Below are positions 10,617 through 19,124 of a stretch of DNA of 64,000 nucleotides, piece by piece. The notes beneath the pieces were generated by a model, which saw only the letters and a list, made by a program, of their open reading frames with translations, did not search any database and was not told where the DNA came from. Each line of letters starts with the position of its first letter. Position 1 is the stretch's first letter. The position numbers were made by a program, and so were the translations under genes. Location of the stretch: contig CBDCZH010000001.1 of NCBI GenBank assembly GCA_965224485.1, positions 1-64,000 on the forward strand. The letters run 5' to 3'. Origin of the DNA: Arcobacteraceae bacterium. Its GTDB lineage: Bacteria > Campylobacterota > Campylobacteria > Campylobacterales > Arcobacteraceae.

Positions 10617-11426
10617 ATGAAAGAACTACTTAATCCAAAGTTACATTTACTTATTTTAGTTATTGTAATTATTTCAGATTCAATTGGAATAAACAAAATT
10701 TCTTTAGGTGTGGGTGCAATGATATTATTGCCACTTTTTTATTCTTTTGTAATAGCTGTATTGATTAATCCTCATGTTACAGGTTTTGCATCAAAAGTTA
10801 TAAAAAAAACTGATATAAAAATTGCAAGTACAATAATCACTATATCAATTATGCCTTTTATTGCAAAGTTTAGTATTGGAATTGGACCAAAACTTAATGA
10901 AATTATTTCAGCAGGACCTGCTTTAATTTTACAAGAATTAGGTAATTTAGGAACAATGTTAATTGCTATGCCAATTGCAATTTATTTTTTCAAAATGGGA
11001 AGAGAATCAATTGGAGCAACGCACTCTATTGCAAGAGAGCCAAATATCGCGCTTATTTCTGATAAATACGGTTTGACTAGTCCTGAGGGAGTAGGTGTTA
11101 TGGGCGTTTATGTTGTAGGTACTTTATTTGGAACACTATTTTTCTCATTAATGGCAAGTTTTTTAGCTAGTTTAGATATGTTTAGCATAAAAGCTTTAGC
11201 AATGGCTTGTGGTGTTGGTTCTGGTTCTATGACAGCTGCTTGTTCTGGTGCTTTAGCTGCCATGAGACCTGATATGGAAGAGACTATTATTGCTTTTGCT
11301 GCTGCTTCTAATGTAATGACATATGCTACTGGTTTATATGTTAGTTTATTTATAGCTTTACCAATTTGTGAAAAACTATTTACTTTATTATCAAAAAATG
11401 AAGTAAAAACGAAAAAGGAGATATAA
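10617..11426 (+). CDS. DUF3100-family membrane protein
   Basis: GPALILQELGNLGT, REPNIALI and ALAMACGVGSGSM motifs; polytopic membrane protein. Confidence 0.85.
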   Translation: MKELLNPKLHLLILVIVIISDSIGINKISLGVGAMILLPLFYSFVIAVLINPHVTGFASKVIKKTDIKIASTIITISIMPFIAKFSIGIGPKLNEIISAGPALILQELGNLGTMLIAMPIAIYFFKMGRESIGATHSIAREPNIALISDKYGLTSPEGVGVMGVYVVGTLFGTLFFSLMASFLASLDMFSIKALAMACGVGSGSMTAACSGALAAMRPDMEETIIAFAAASNVMTYATGLYVSLFIALPICEKLFTLLSKNEVKTKKEI

Positions 11427-11963
11427 ATGATTAATTCAAATAAATCTATTGATTTAAAACAAAGTGCTGTTTTATTATTAGTAGTATGTTTTATTGGACT
11501 TGTAGCTAACCATATTTACGGCTTTACTGCTTCAACTAAAACTACTTTACCTTTTTTACAGCGTTTAATAGAAGGACCTTCTTCTTTATTAACAGGAATG
11601 AGTGAAGCTTTTTTAGGAATGGTAATTATTTATTGTTTATCTTTATTTGGTTTAATAATAGCAAAATATATGCCCTTTTATTTACCTTCAATTGCATGGA
11701 TTTCAGCACTAGCTATTTTAGTAGCTTCTCCTATTTCTCCAATTGCTGATTTTGTAGTTCAAAATACTGCGAAGATCCATTTTTTAGCTCTAACAACATC
11801 AGTTTTAGCTTATGCTGGTTTTGCTATTTCTCAAATGGAGATTGAAACATTTAAAAAATCTGGTCTTAAAATTGTAATTATTGGATTATTTGTATTTGTA
11901 GGAACCTATTTAGGTTCTGTTATAATTGCTGAATTAATACTAAAAAGTACAGGACAGATCTAA
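11427..11963 (+). CDS. Membrane protein, partner of DUF3100
   Basis: Hydrophobic, with LPSIAWIS and LAYAG motifs; abuts the DUF3100 gene. Confidence 0.75.
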   Translation: MINSNKSIDLKQSAVLLLVVCFIGLVANHIYGFTASTKTTLPFLQRLIEGPSSLLTGMSEAFLGMVIIYCLSLFGLIIAKYMPFYLPSIAWISALAILVASPISPIADFVVQNTAKIHFLALTTSVLAYAGFAISQMEIETFKKSGLKIVIIGLFVFVGTYLGSVIIAELILKSTGQI

Positions 11964-13114
11964 TGATAAAAAACTTAACAAAAGAGTTTCTTGATGAACT
12001 TATATCGTGGAGACATGAATTACACAAATATCCAGAAACTGCTTTTGAAGAGTTTAAAACAGCAGATTTTTTAGCTTTAAAACTAGAGGGTTTTGGTCTT
12101 AAAGTACATCGAGGTTTAGCTAAAACAGGGGTAGTTGCAACATTAAATGAAAATTCTTCTTTAAATGCAATTGCTTTGCGAGCTGATATGGATGCTTTAG
12201 ATATGGAAGAGGAAAATAAACACTCTTATGTCTCTAATCATTGTAATAAAATGCATGCTTGTGGTCATGATGGACATATGGTTATGCTTTTAGGTGCTGC
12301 AAAACTTCTTAGTTGTGATAAAACTTTTAAAGGTAAAGTTCATTTTATTTTTCAACCAGCAGAAGAGAATGTTGCTGGTGGAAAAGTTATGATTGATGAT
12401 GGTTTATTTAAACTGTTCCCTTGTGAAGAAGTTTATGGAATGCACAATTGGCCCGGACTTAAAGTAGGTGAAATAGCTTTAAGCTCTGGAGCTATTATGG
12501 CTTCAAATGATGTTTTTGAGATAAAGATTAAGGGTTTAAGTGGTCATGCTGCTATGCCTCATTTATCAAATCATACAATAGCGGCAACTTGTTCTTTAGT
12601 TAATAATTTAAACTCTTTAGTTTCAAGAGTTCAAAATGCGCAAGAACCTGCTGTTTTATCTATTACCAAAATAGAAGCAGGAAGCGCTTTTAATGTTTTA
12701 CCATCTCAGGCTTTAATTTGGGGAACGCTAAGAGCTTTTAATAAAGATTCTCAAGTATTACTTGAAAAAAATATAGAGAAATGCATACAAAGTATTTGTT
12801 TACAGTATGATTTGACTTATGAATTTATTTATAAAAGAAAATATGTAGCTACTATAAATCATGAAAAACAAAGTGAATTTTCAAAAACTATTATAAAAAA
12901 AGTTACGAATAAAGATGCTGTTTCTTTACTTCCTTCTATGGCTTCTGAAGATTTTGGTTTTATGTTAGAAGAGAAACCAGGGTGTTTAGTATGGCTTGGA
13001 AATGGTGAAGATAGTGAATCTTTACATAATACAAAGTATGATTTTAATGACAATGCTTTAGGGTATGGAATTAATTATTGGATTGAATTAAGTAAGGCTT
13101 TTTTCTTAAAATAA
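11963..13114 (+). CDS. M20D family amidohydrolase (hippurate hydrolase-like)
   Basis: LHKYPETAFEE, LRADMDAL, MHACGHDGH, FQPAEE and SEDF motifs. Confidence 0.93.
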   Translation: MIKNLTKEFLDELISWRHELHKYPETAFEEFKTADFLALKLEGFGLKVHRGLAKTGVVATLNENSSLNAIALRADMDALDMEEENKHSYVSNHCNKMHACGHDGHMVMLLGAAKLLSCDKTFKGKVHFIFQPAEENVAGGKVMIDDGLFKLFPCEEVYGMHNWPGLKVGEIALSSGAIMASNDVFEIKIKGLSGHAAMPHLSNHTIAATCSLVNNLNSLVSRVQNAQEPAVLSITKIEAGSAFNVLPSQALIWGTLRAFNKDSQVLLEKNIEKCIQSICLQYDLTYEFIYKRKYVATINHEKQSEFSKTIIKKVTNKDAVSLLPSMASEDFGFMLEEKPGCLVWLGNGEDSESLHNTKYDFNDNALGYGINYWIELSKAFFLK

Positions 13115-13121
13115 CTAATTT

Positions 13122-13355
13122 TTAGAAAAAAGATAATAAAAGCTTAGTATTTATAAGTTCTTGAGCTTTTATTAGATTTTTCTTATCCATTCTTAATAAT
13201 TGTTTACTTAATTTTTGCATTAATTCATTTCTTATTTCTAACTTATTTGTATTATTAATCTTATCTAATAGATCATCTACACTATTTATTCCCGTTGCAA
13301 GCATTTTTATCGCTCCTATTATAGCTAATACAGCTAGTGTTTTACGTAATATAAT
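13122..13355 (-). CDS. Small secreted helical protein, paralog A (start codon ATT, or mutated start)
   Basis: The frame is open upstream of the track's ATG 13304 and encodes a signal peptide (ILRKTLAVLAIIGA) collinear with 16033..16287. AAGGA SD lies 6 nt before ATT at 13355. Confidence 0.7.
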   Translation of the reverse strand: MILRKTLAVLAIIGAIKMLATGINSVDDLLDKINNTNKLEIRNELMQKLSKQLLRMDKKNLIKAQELINTKLLLSFF

Positions 13356-13395
13356 ATGAATTCCTTATATATATATGTAAAAGTATAAAGCATAA

Positions 13396-13416
13396 GTGTT
13401 AGTTAAGTGTAAGTTC
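13396..13416 (-). promoter_or_regulatory. OmpR-type direct-repeat box upstream of paralog A
   Basis: GTGTTAGTTAAGTGTAAGTTC (11-bp period), 8 nt from the minus-strand -10 TATACT; 20/21 identical to 16332-16352. Confidence 0.75.
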
Positions 13417-13543
13417 TTTTTTATTTATCTTTTATAACTAAAAACATTATTTAAATAATTTTATTTTACAAGAGTTAAAGTACTTCAAGGATATAATCGT
13501 AAATATTATTAAGAATCTAGATTTAAATAAAGGTTAAGTGTAA

Positions 13544-13981
13544 ATGTTTACTTTTAAAAGCTTATGTGTAGTTCTTTGTTTTAGTATGTTTTTTTTAGGC
13601 TGTGCTCAAAAAAATGAAATAAAAAATGAAGTAAGAAATGGAATTGAAAAAATAAAGAAAAATAAAGAAAAAATAAAAGAGAATAAATATTGTAATAAGT
13701 ATAGAAAAATAATGACTCATGCGTCTTTATACATTAAAAAAGAATTTAAAGAAGGATACTTTTTATCTGAAGATATCCTTGGAGCTAAAGCACAACTATT
13801 TTTAATTAAAAATAAGGCTTTAAGTATTTTTGCAAAAAATATAAATAGTGCAAATGATTCTTATTTGAGAAATTATAACTTAGCAAAGAAAAATAAATGT
13901 AAAGTAAAAAAGTTCAAATTTTTACCTCTTGAAAGAATTAAAAGAGAAATAAAAAATAAAACTGATCAAGAAAATAAATAA
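13544..13981 (+). CDS. Hypothetical lipoprotein
   Basis: Signal peptide ending in lipobox FLG-C; Lys-rich; two further Cys. Confidence 0.75.
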   Translation: MFTFKSLCVVLCFSMFFLGCAQKNEIKNEVRNGIEKIKKNKEKIKENKYCNKYRKIMTHASLYIKKEFKEGYFLSEDILGAKAQLFLIKNKALSIFAKNINSANDSYLRNYNLAKKNKCKVKKFKFLPLERIKREIKNKTDQENK

Positions 13982-14031
13982 AAATTCTAATCTAAATATA
14001 TACATATCAAGGTAAGTGAAGGAGAATTAAA

Positions 14032-14283
14032 GTGAAAATAATTAGTTTTTTAATGATATTATTATTTTCAAGTACGTTATTTGCCCAAAGTAAAGAAGTA
14101 AATATCTTACTTGAAAAAGTAAATCATAGTAAAAATTCAAATGAAAGAAAAGAACTTATTGAACTTTTAAAAATAAAATTGGCAAAAGTTAATAAACAAG
14201 CATATGAAGAATCAAATGCAATAATAAAAGCAAGAGAAAAAATGCCTCTTAGTATTTATACTGAAAACTTATTAAAAAAATAA
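14032..14283 (+). CDS. Small secreted helical protein, paralog C
   Basis: GAAGGAG SD, GTG start, signal peptide; EVNILLEKVN...RKELIELLK core resembles paralogs A and B. Confidence 0.75.
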   Translation: MKIISFLMILLFSSTLFAQSKEVNILLEKVNHSKNSNERKELIELLKIKLAKVNKQAYEESNAIIKAREKMPLSIYTENLLKK

Positions 14284-14300
14284 AATCATAGGTTTTACAA

Positions 14301-14945
14301 ATGAAAAATAAAATAAAAATTTTACTTTTAGAAGATGATACGATTTTAGCACAAACAATGGTTCAAATATTAGAAGAAGAAAATTATGATCTTACTCTTG
14401 TTGTTGATGGAGAAGAAGTATTAGAAAGTACTTATGAAAATAAATTTGATTTATATTTATTTGATATAAATGTTCCCTTACTAAATGGTTTTGAAACGCT
14501 AAAGCTTTTGCGTGATGCTGGTGATACTACACCTGCTTTTTTTATCACAGCTTTAATTGATATATCTTCAACACTAAAAGGTTTTGATTGTGGTTGTGAT
14601 GATTATATAAAAAAACCATTTGAACTTGATGAACTATTAGTACGTATTAAATCAAGTCTAAAAAGAAAAAATCCTGTTTTAACTTATGGAGATATTACTT
14701 TTGATTTATTAGAAAAAAGAGTTCTTAAAAATAATATTGAAATCTCTTTAGGTACTGTTGAGAAAGATATTTTTGCCTTACTTATTCGTAATATTGGAAT
14801 TACTGTGAATAAAGATACTTTTTTTGACTATATGAATAAAGCAAGTGATACAGGACTTAGAGTTTTAATTAGTAAATTAAAAAAAGTGTTAGACTTAAAT
14901 ATTACAAATACTAAAGGTATTGGATATAAACTTGAAAAAATATGA
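14301..14945 (+). CDS. OmpR-family response regulator (DccR-like)
   Basis: LLEDD, LFDINVP, DDYIKKPF receiver motifs and winged-helix C-terminus (LRVLISKLKK...GIGYKL). Confidence 0.93.
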   Translation: MKNKIKILLLEDDTILAQTMVQILEEENYDLTLVVDGEEVLESTYENKFDLYLFDINVPLLNGFETLKLLRDAGDTTPAFFITALIDISSTLKGFDCGCDDYIKKPFELDELLVRIKSSLKRKNPVLTYGDITFDLLEKRVLKNNIEISLGTVEKDIFALLIRNIGITVNKDTFFDYMNKASDTGLRVLISKLKKVLDLNITNTKGIGYKLEKI

Positions 14946-15966
14946 AAAAAAATCTTTTTTTACAACAATATGTCTTTTTTTTATACCACTTTTTATCTTT
15001 TCGAGCATAATTCTTTATATGTATTATGAAGATAAGGTAAAATCTATTGAAGATAATATTTTGTATCAAATGAAAGAATATACTTTTGATTTTAAAGCAG
15101 AATCTTTTAGCTTAGATATTGTTCAAGATGATAAAGAAAAACAATTATTTAAAATATATCACTGTAAAGAAGGTCTATGTGCTTATTTTAAAGCACCTAC
15201 TTCTGGTCCTTATTTGTTAAAAGTTATATATGATCAAAAAAGACTAAAAGAACTCTACTCAAAGTTTTTAATTAAGATATTTAAAGGTTTTTTTGTTATT
15301 GTTTTTTTTCTTATTCTTCTTTCTACTTTATTTGCATTTTATTCCCTAAGACCTATGAAAGAAGCACTTACCTTTTTAGAAGATTTTTTAAAAGATTTGA
15401 TTCATGATTTAAATACTCCAGCAACATCTATTTTACTTAATTCCAAACTATTAAGAAAACGTGGTTCTTTTGAAGAAATTGAACGTATTGAATTGAGTGC
15501 TAAAAGTATTGCTTCTTTATATAAAAACTTAGAATTTATGAGTCCTAATACAATTAATAAAAACAATGAAGTCTTAGTAAATGATTTAGTTATACAAAGA
15601 GTTGATATTTTGAAGAAGTTATATCCTAAAATACAAATACGTACAAATATGAAAAAATTAGTAATAAAAAGTAATAAAAATGCTTTAGAGCGCATAATTG
15701 ATAACTTATTAAGTAATGCTTGTAAGTATAATAAAAAAAATGGACAAGTTGATATAAGTATAATAGATAATAAACTTTTTATAAAAGATAGCGGAATTGG
15801 GATAAAAAATACAAAAAAAGTATTTGAACGTTATTATAAAGAGAATGCTTGTGGACTTGGAATAGGTATGAACATAGTAAAACAACTTTGTGATATTTTA
15901 GATATAAAAATTTGTGTAAAAAGTGAAATAAATAAAGGTACAACAATTTATTTAGAGTTTAACTAA
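14920..15966 (+). CDS. Sensor histidine kinase
   Basis: Two TM helices, IHDLNTP H-box, NLLSNACKY, DSGIGI, GLGIG. Confidence 0.93.
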   Translation: MDINLKKYEKKSFFTTICLFFIPLFIFSSIILYMYYEDKVKSIEDNILYQMKEYTFDFKAESFSLDIVQDDKEKQLFKIYHCKEGLCAYFKAPTSGPYLLKVIYDQKRLKELYSKFLIKIFKGFFVIVFFLILLSTLFAFYSLRPMKEALTFLEDFLKDLIHDLNTPATSILLNSKLLRKRGSFEEIERIELSAKSIASLYKNLEFMSPNTINKNNEVLVNDLVIQRVDILKKLYPKIQIRTNMKKLVIKSNKNALERIIDNLLSNACKYNKKNGQVDISIIDNKLFIKDSGIGIKNTKKVFERYYKENACGLGIGMNIVKQLCDILDIKICVKSEINKGTTIYLEFN

Positions 15967-16032
15967 TAGCTGTATTTACACTAGCCTAAAATCATTTACC
16001 TACTTAAAGTTATAAATGATTTTAGAGATATA

Positions 16033-16287
16033 TTATTTGGTAGCTTTTTTTACAGGAGTTCTTGTAATAACTAGTGATTTGTTAACAATTTCCTTAGCTT
16101 TAGTATACTCATCTTCTTTCATTACTGAAAGTTTATCTTTAAGTTTTTGCATTAATTTACTTTTTGTTTTTACATCACTTGTTTGATTGATTTTATCAAC
16201 TAAAGAACTTACCTCATTTGTTTCTACTGCACATAAACTTAATGCTCCTACGATACTTAGACCTACGATTGTTTTAGCTATTTTCAT
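16033..16287 (-). CDS. Small secreted helical protein, paralog B
   Basis: AAGGA SD, signal peptide, EVSSLVDKINQT...KLMQKL core shared with paralog A. Confidence 0.8.
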   Translation of the reverse strand: MKIAKTIVGLSIVGALSLCAVETNEVSSLVDKINQTSDVKTKSKLMQKLKDKLSVMKEDEYTKAKEIVNKSLVITRTPVKKATK

Positions 16288-16331
16288 TTAATAATCCTTT
16301 TTGTTAAAATGTATGGAAGTATAAATAAAAT

Positions 16332-16352
16332 GTGTTAGTTAAGTGTTAGTTC
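16332..16352 (-). promoter_or_regulatory. OmpR-type direct-repeat box upstream of paralog B
   Basis: GTGTTAGTT-AA-GTGTTAGTT-C perfect 9-bp repeat with 11-bp period, 8 nt from the minus-strand -10 TATACT. Confidence 0.75.
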
Positions 16353-16405
16353 TATATATGTTTAAATTTAAACTTTTCTGAACTTTTTTTACAATATTAT
16401 ATCTT

Positions 16406-16978
16406 ATGAAAAACTTCCAAAATATTCAAAATCAATCTTTCTCTTTTTCTTCTTGTGAAGGCTGTGGTGCAAAATGCTGTTCTGGACTTTATGGTTCAAA
16501 TTTTTCGCAACTTTTATTAGAAGATTTTGAAGAAGTATATGAGAATTTTGCTATTTTATTTACTTTTGGAGATATGAATTATTTAAAAGCAAATATTATT
16601 TTAACAAAAGAGTATGAGTTTTGTAAATATATAAAAGATAATATTTGTACTATTTATGATAAAAGACCTAATGTTTGTAAAAATTATCCCTTAAGTACAA
16701 ATATTGACAATATTAAATATGTTGATATTTCTTGTCCTGCTTTAGTTCCTGGTTCTAATATGGTAAAAAAAGGAGAAGTAGATAAAAACTTTGATTCAAA
16801 GAATTTATCTAACTATCAAGATAAGTTTTTAAATACTCATTTTTATCTTGAAAAGTTTTCTTTAAAAAGTGATTTTGAAGAGGTTCTAAACATTAAAGGT
16901 TTAGCTTTTTATAAATATACTAAGACCTCTGATGATAAATATATGAATTTTCATTTTCATTCTTTAAAAAACTTATAG
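16406..16978 (+). CDS. YkgJ family cysteine-cluster protein
   Basis: CEGCGAKCC and CTIYDKRPNVCKNYP motifs. Confidence 0.88.
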   Translation: MKNFQNIQNQSFSFSSCEGCGAKCCSGLYGSNFSQLLLEDFEEVYENFAILFTFGDMNYLKANIILTKEYEFCKYIKDNICTIYDKRPNVCKNYPLSTNIDNIKYVDISCPALVPGSNMVKKGEVDKNFDSKNLSNYQDKFLNTHFYLEKFSLKSDFEEVLNIKGLAFYKYTKTSDDKYMNFHFHSLKNL

Positions 16979-17109
16979 TTTATATGCAATTTATACATTA
17001 ACTATCTATCTTACAAATAAAAATAATTCTTTTAAACAAAGATTATTATTTTTTATGTATACTAATTCTTTAAAAAAATAATAAATAAGTAGATATAAGA
17101 AGGTTAATT

Positions 17110-18534
17110 TTGATTACTAAGTATAAATTCTTTATATTATTAGCATCTTTGCTTTTATTAGGGTTTTTTATAAGCTCTTTTTTAAGTTATAAAATGACTA
17201 AAGAGCTAACGACACATTCGTTAAGAGAATCATCCCTCCCGTTAAGTAGTGATAATGTTTATTCAGAAATACAAAGAGATTTATTAAAACCTAATTTAGT
17301 TTCATCTTTAATGGCAAATGATACTTTTTTAATAAATTGGATTTTAGATGGTGAGCAAAATCTAAAACAAATTACAAGTTATTTAGAAGTTATAAAAAGA
17401 AAATATAATACTTCTAGTAGTTTTTTTGTATCTAATAAAACCATGAATTATTATTATGAAAAAGGAATCTTGAAAAATATATCTGCTGCTAAAGAGTCCG
17501 ATTCTTGGTTTTATAGGGTAAAGATTTTAGTCTCTGAGTATGAAAGTAATATAGATAAAGATTTTGCTAATAAGAATACTTTAACTATTTTTTCTAATTA
17601 TAAAGTAAAAGATAAAAATGGAAAATTTCTAGGAATAACTGGTGTTGGTCTTCAAACATCTCAAGTTTCAAGCTTATTAGATACATATAAAGAAAAATAT
17701 AAACATGAAATTTATTTCGTAAATTTTAAAAAAAAGATTATTCTAAAATCAAAAACATTTAAAAAAGATAAATCTTTTCATAAACTAATTTCAAAAAAGA
17801 TTGATGAATTTAATAAAAATGATAAATCTATTTTAGAATATACTTATTTAAATGAAAAATATTATTTAAACATAAGATTTATAGATGAGCTTAGTTTATA
17901 TTTATGTATTGAAGCTAAAGAAAAAGACTTTACAAAAGAGATTGAAGAGAATTTCTTTAAAAATATTTTATTTTTTATTATTGTAATTATCTTTATTATG
18001 CTAATTATTATTATTTATATTAATAAATATCAAAAACACTTAGAAGTTTTAGCAAAAAAAGATAAATTAACTAAACTATCTAATAGGCATGAATTTGAAG
18101 AGAGTTTTAAAAATATACTAAGTTCAAATAGAAAAAAAGAGAATAAAGTTACCTTGATTTTATTTGATATTGATAATTTTAAAGATGTTAATGATACATA
18201 TGGGCACTTAACAGGCGATAAGGTATTAGTAATAGTAGCAAGAGTTTTCAAAAATACCTTACGATCAACGGACCTTGTATCTAGATGGGGTGGAGAAGAA
18301 TTTATTGCTGTTTTATCAAATATAAATAAAAGTAATAGTTTTGAAGTTGCTGAGAAGTTAAGACTTGAAATTTATAATAATAAAGAAATACAAGACTTAA
18401 TAAAAAGACCTCTAAGTATTAGTATAGGGCTTGTTACAAAAGAAAAAGATGAGAATGAAAATGAATTGTTTTTACGTGTTGATAAGAATTTATTTATAGC
18501 TAAACAAGAGGGTAGAAATCGAACTATAATGTAG
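17110..18534 (+). CDS. Sensor (Cache-like) diguanylate cyclase
   Basis: Two TM helices with a periplasmic sensor; DIDNFKDVNDTYGH and RWGGEEF motifs. Confidence 0.93.
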   Translation: MITKYKFFILLASLLLLGFFISSFLSYKMTKELTTHSLRESSLPLSSDNVYSEIQRDLLKPNLVSSLMANDTFLINWILDGEQNLKQITSYLEVIKRKYNTSSSFFVSNKTMNYYYEKGILKNISAAKESDSWFYRVKILVSEYESNIDKDFANKNTLTIFSNYKVKDKNGKFLGITGVGLQTSQVSSLLDTYKEKYKHEIYFVNFKKKIILKSKTFKKDKSFHKLISKKIDEFNKNDKSILEYTYLNEKYYLNIRFIDELSLYLCIEAKEKDFTKEIEENFFKNILFFIIVIIFIMLIIIIYINKYQKHLEVLAKKDKLTKLSNRHEFEESFKNILSSNRKKENKVTLILFDIDNFKDVNDTYGHLTGDKVLVIVARVFKNTLRSTDLVSRWGGEEFIAVLSNINKSNSFEVAEKLRLEIYNNKEIQDLIKRPLSISIGLVTKEKDENENELFLRVDKNLFIAKQEGRNRTIM

Positions 18535-18539
18535 TTTTT

Positions 18540-18607
18540 CTTAGTATATTAATACAACAGGATAAGGAGAAATAATAAGAAATATCCTGCTGTAGTAATA
18601 TACTAAG
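18540..18607. terminator. Long 25-bp-stem hairpin between convergent genes (terminator or possible 3'UTR RNA element)
   Basis: Arms 18540-18564 and 18583-18607 pair at 23/25; 18-nt loop. Confidence 0.65.
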
Positions 18608-18615
18608 TATAGGTC

Positions 18616-18843
18616 TTAACCTAGATTTTTTTTAGCTAAAAGTCTAACTTCTTTATTATAATCATGACTTAAAATTTTAAGTGTTTTTGTAGCTGTTTTA
18701 GGATCTGTTGCTATTACTTTCTTTACATCTGTATTAATTTTAAAGTTCAAATAATCTTCACTTAAATTAGAATATTTTCCACTCGCATTAAGACAGGTAA
18801 TAAGTGAACTTATTAGTAAAAGTTTTGTTATTGTTTTTTTCAT
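18616..18843 (-). CDS. Small secreted protein with one leucine-rich-variant/HEAT-like repeat
   Basis: AAAGGA SD, signal peptide, VKKVIATDPKT...LKILSHD...EVRLLAKKN pattern. Confidence 0.7.
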   Translation of the reverse strand: MKKTITKLLLISSLITCLNASGKYSNLSEDYLNFKINTDVKKVIATDPKTATKTLKILSHDYNKEVRLLAKKNLG

Positions 18844-18879
18844 TTGTATTTCCTTTGAATGATTTATTGAAGTATAGAT

Positions 18880-18936
18880 AAATAGGACAATAATTGTCTT
18901 GATTTAAATCAATATAAGACAATAATTGTCCTATTT
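18880..18936 (-). promoter_or_regulatory. FNR/Crp-family box (TTGATTTAAATCAA, 18899-18912) flanked by two GACAAT-A-ATTGTC palindromes
   Basis: Perfect TTGAT-N4-ATCAA centred at -41.5 relative to the minus-strand -10 TATACT (18876-18871); palindromes at 18886-18898 and 18918-18930. Confidence 0.8.
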
Positions 18937-19124
18937 AGATAAAAGTGCCTTTATTAGGTGGATACAAGAATATTCATAAACTTTCGTTAATTATAATTTT
19001 AAAGTTTAGTTATATTAAATAAGATTTTATTAAGACTAATAATATAATTAAATACTTTATTTATATATAAATTTATTTTGGTTAAAATAAGATAATTTAT
19101 AAAATTATCTTATAAGGAATTTTA

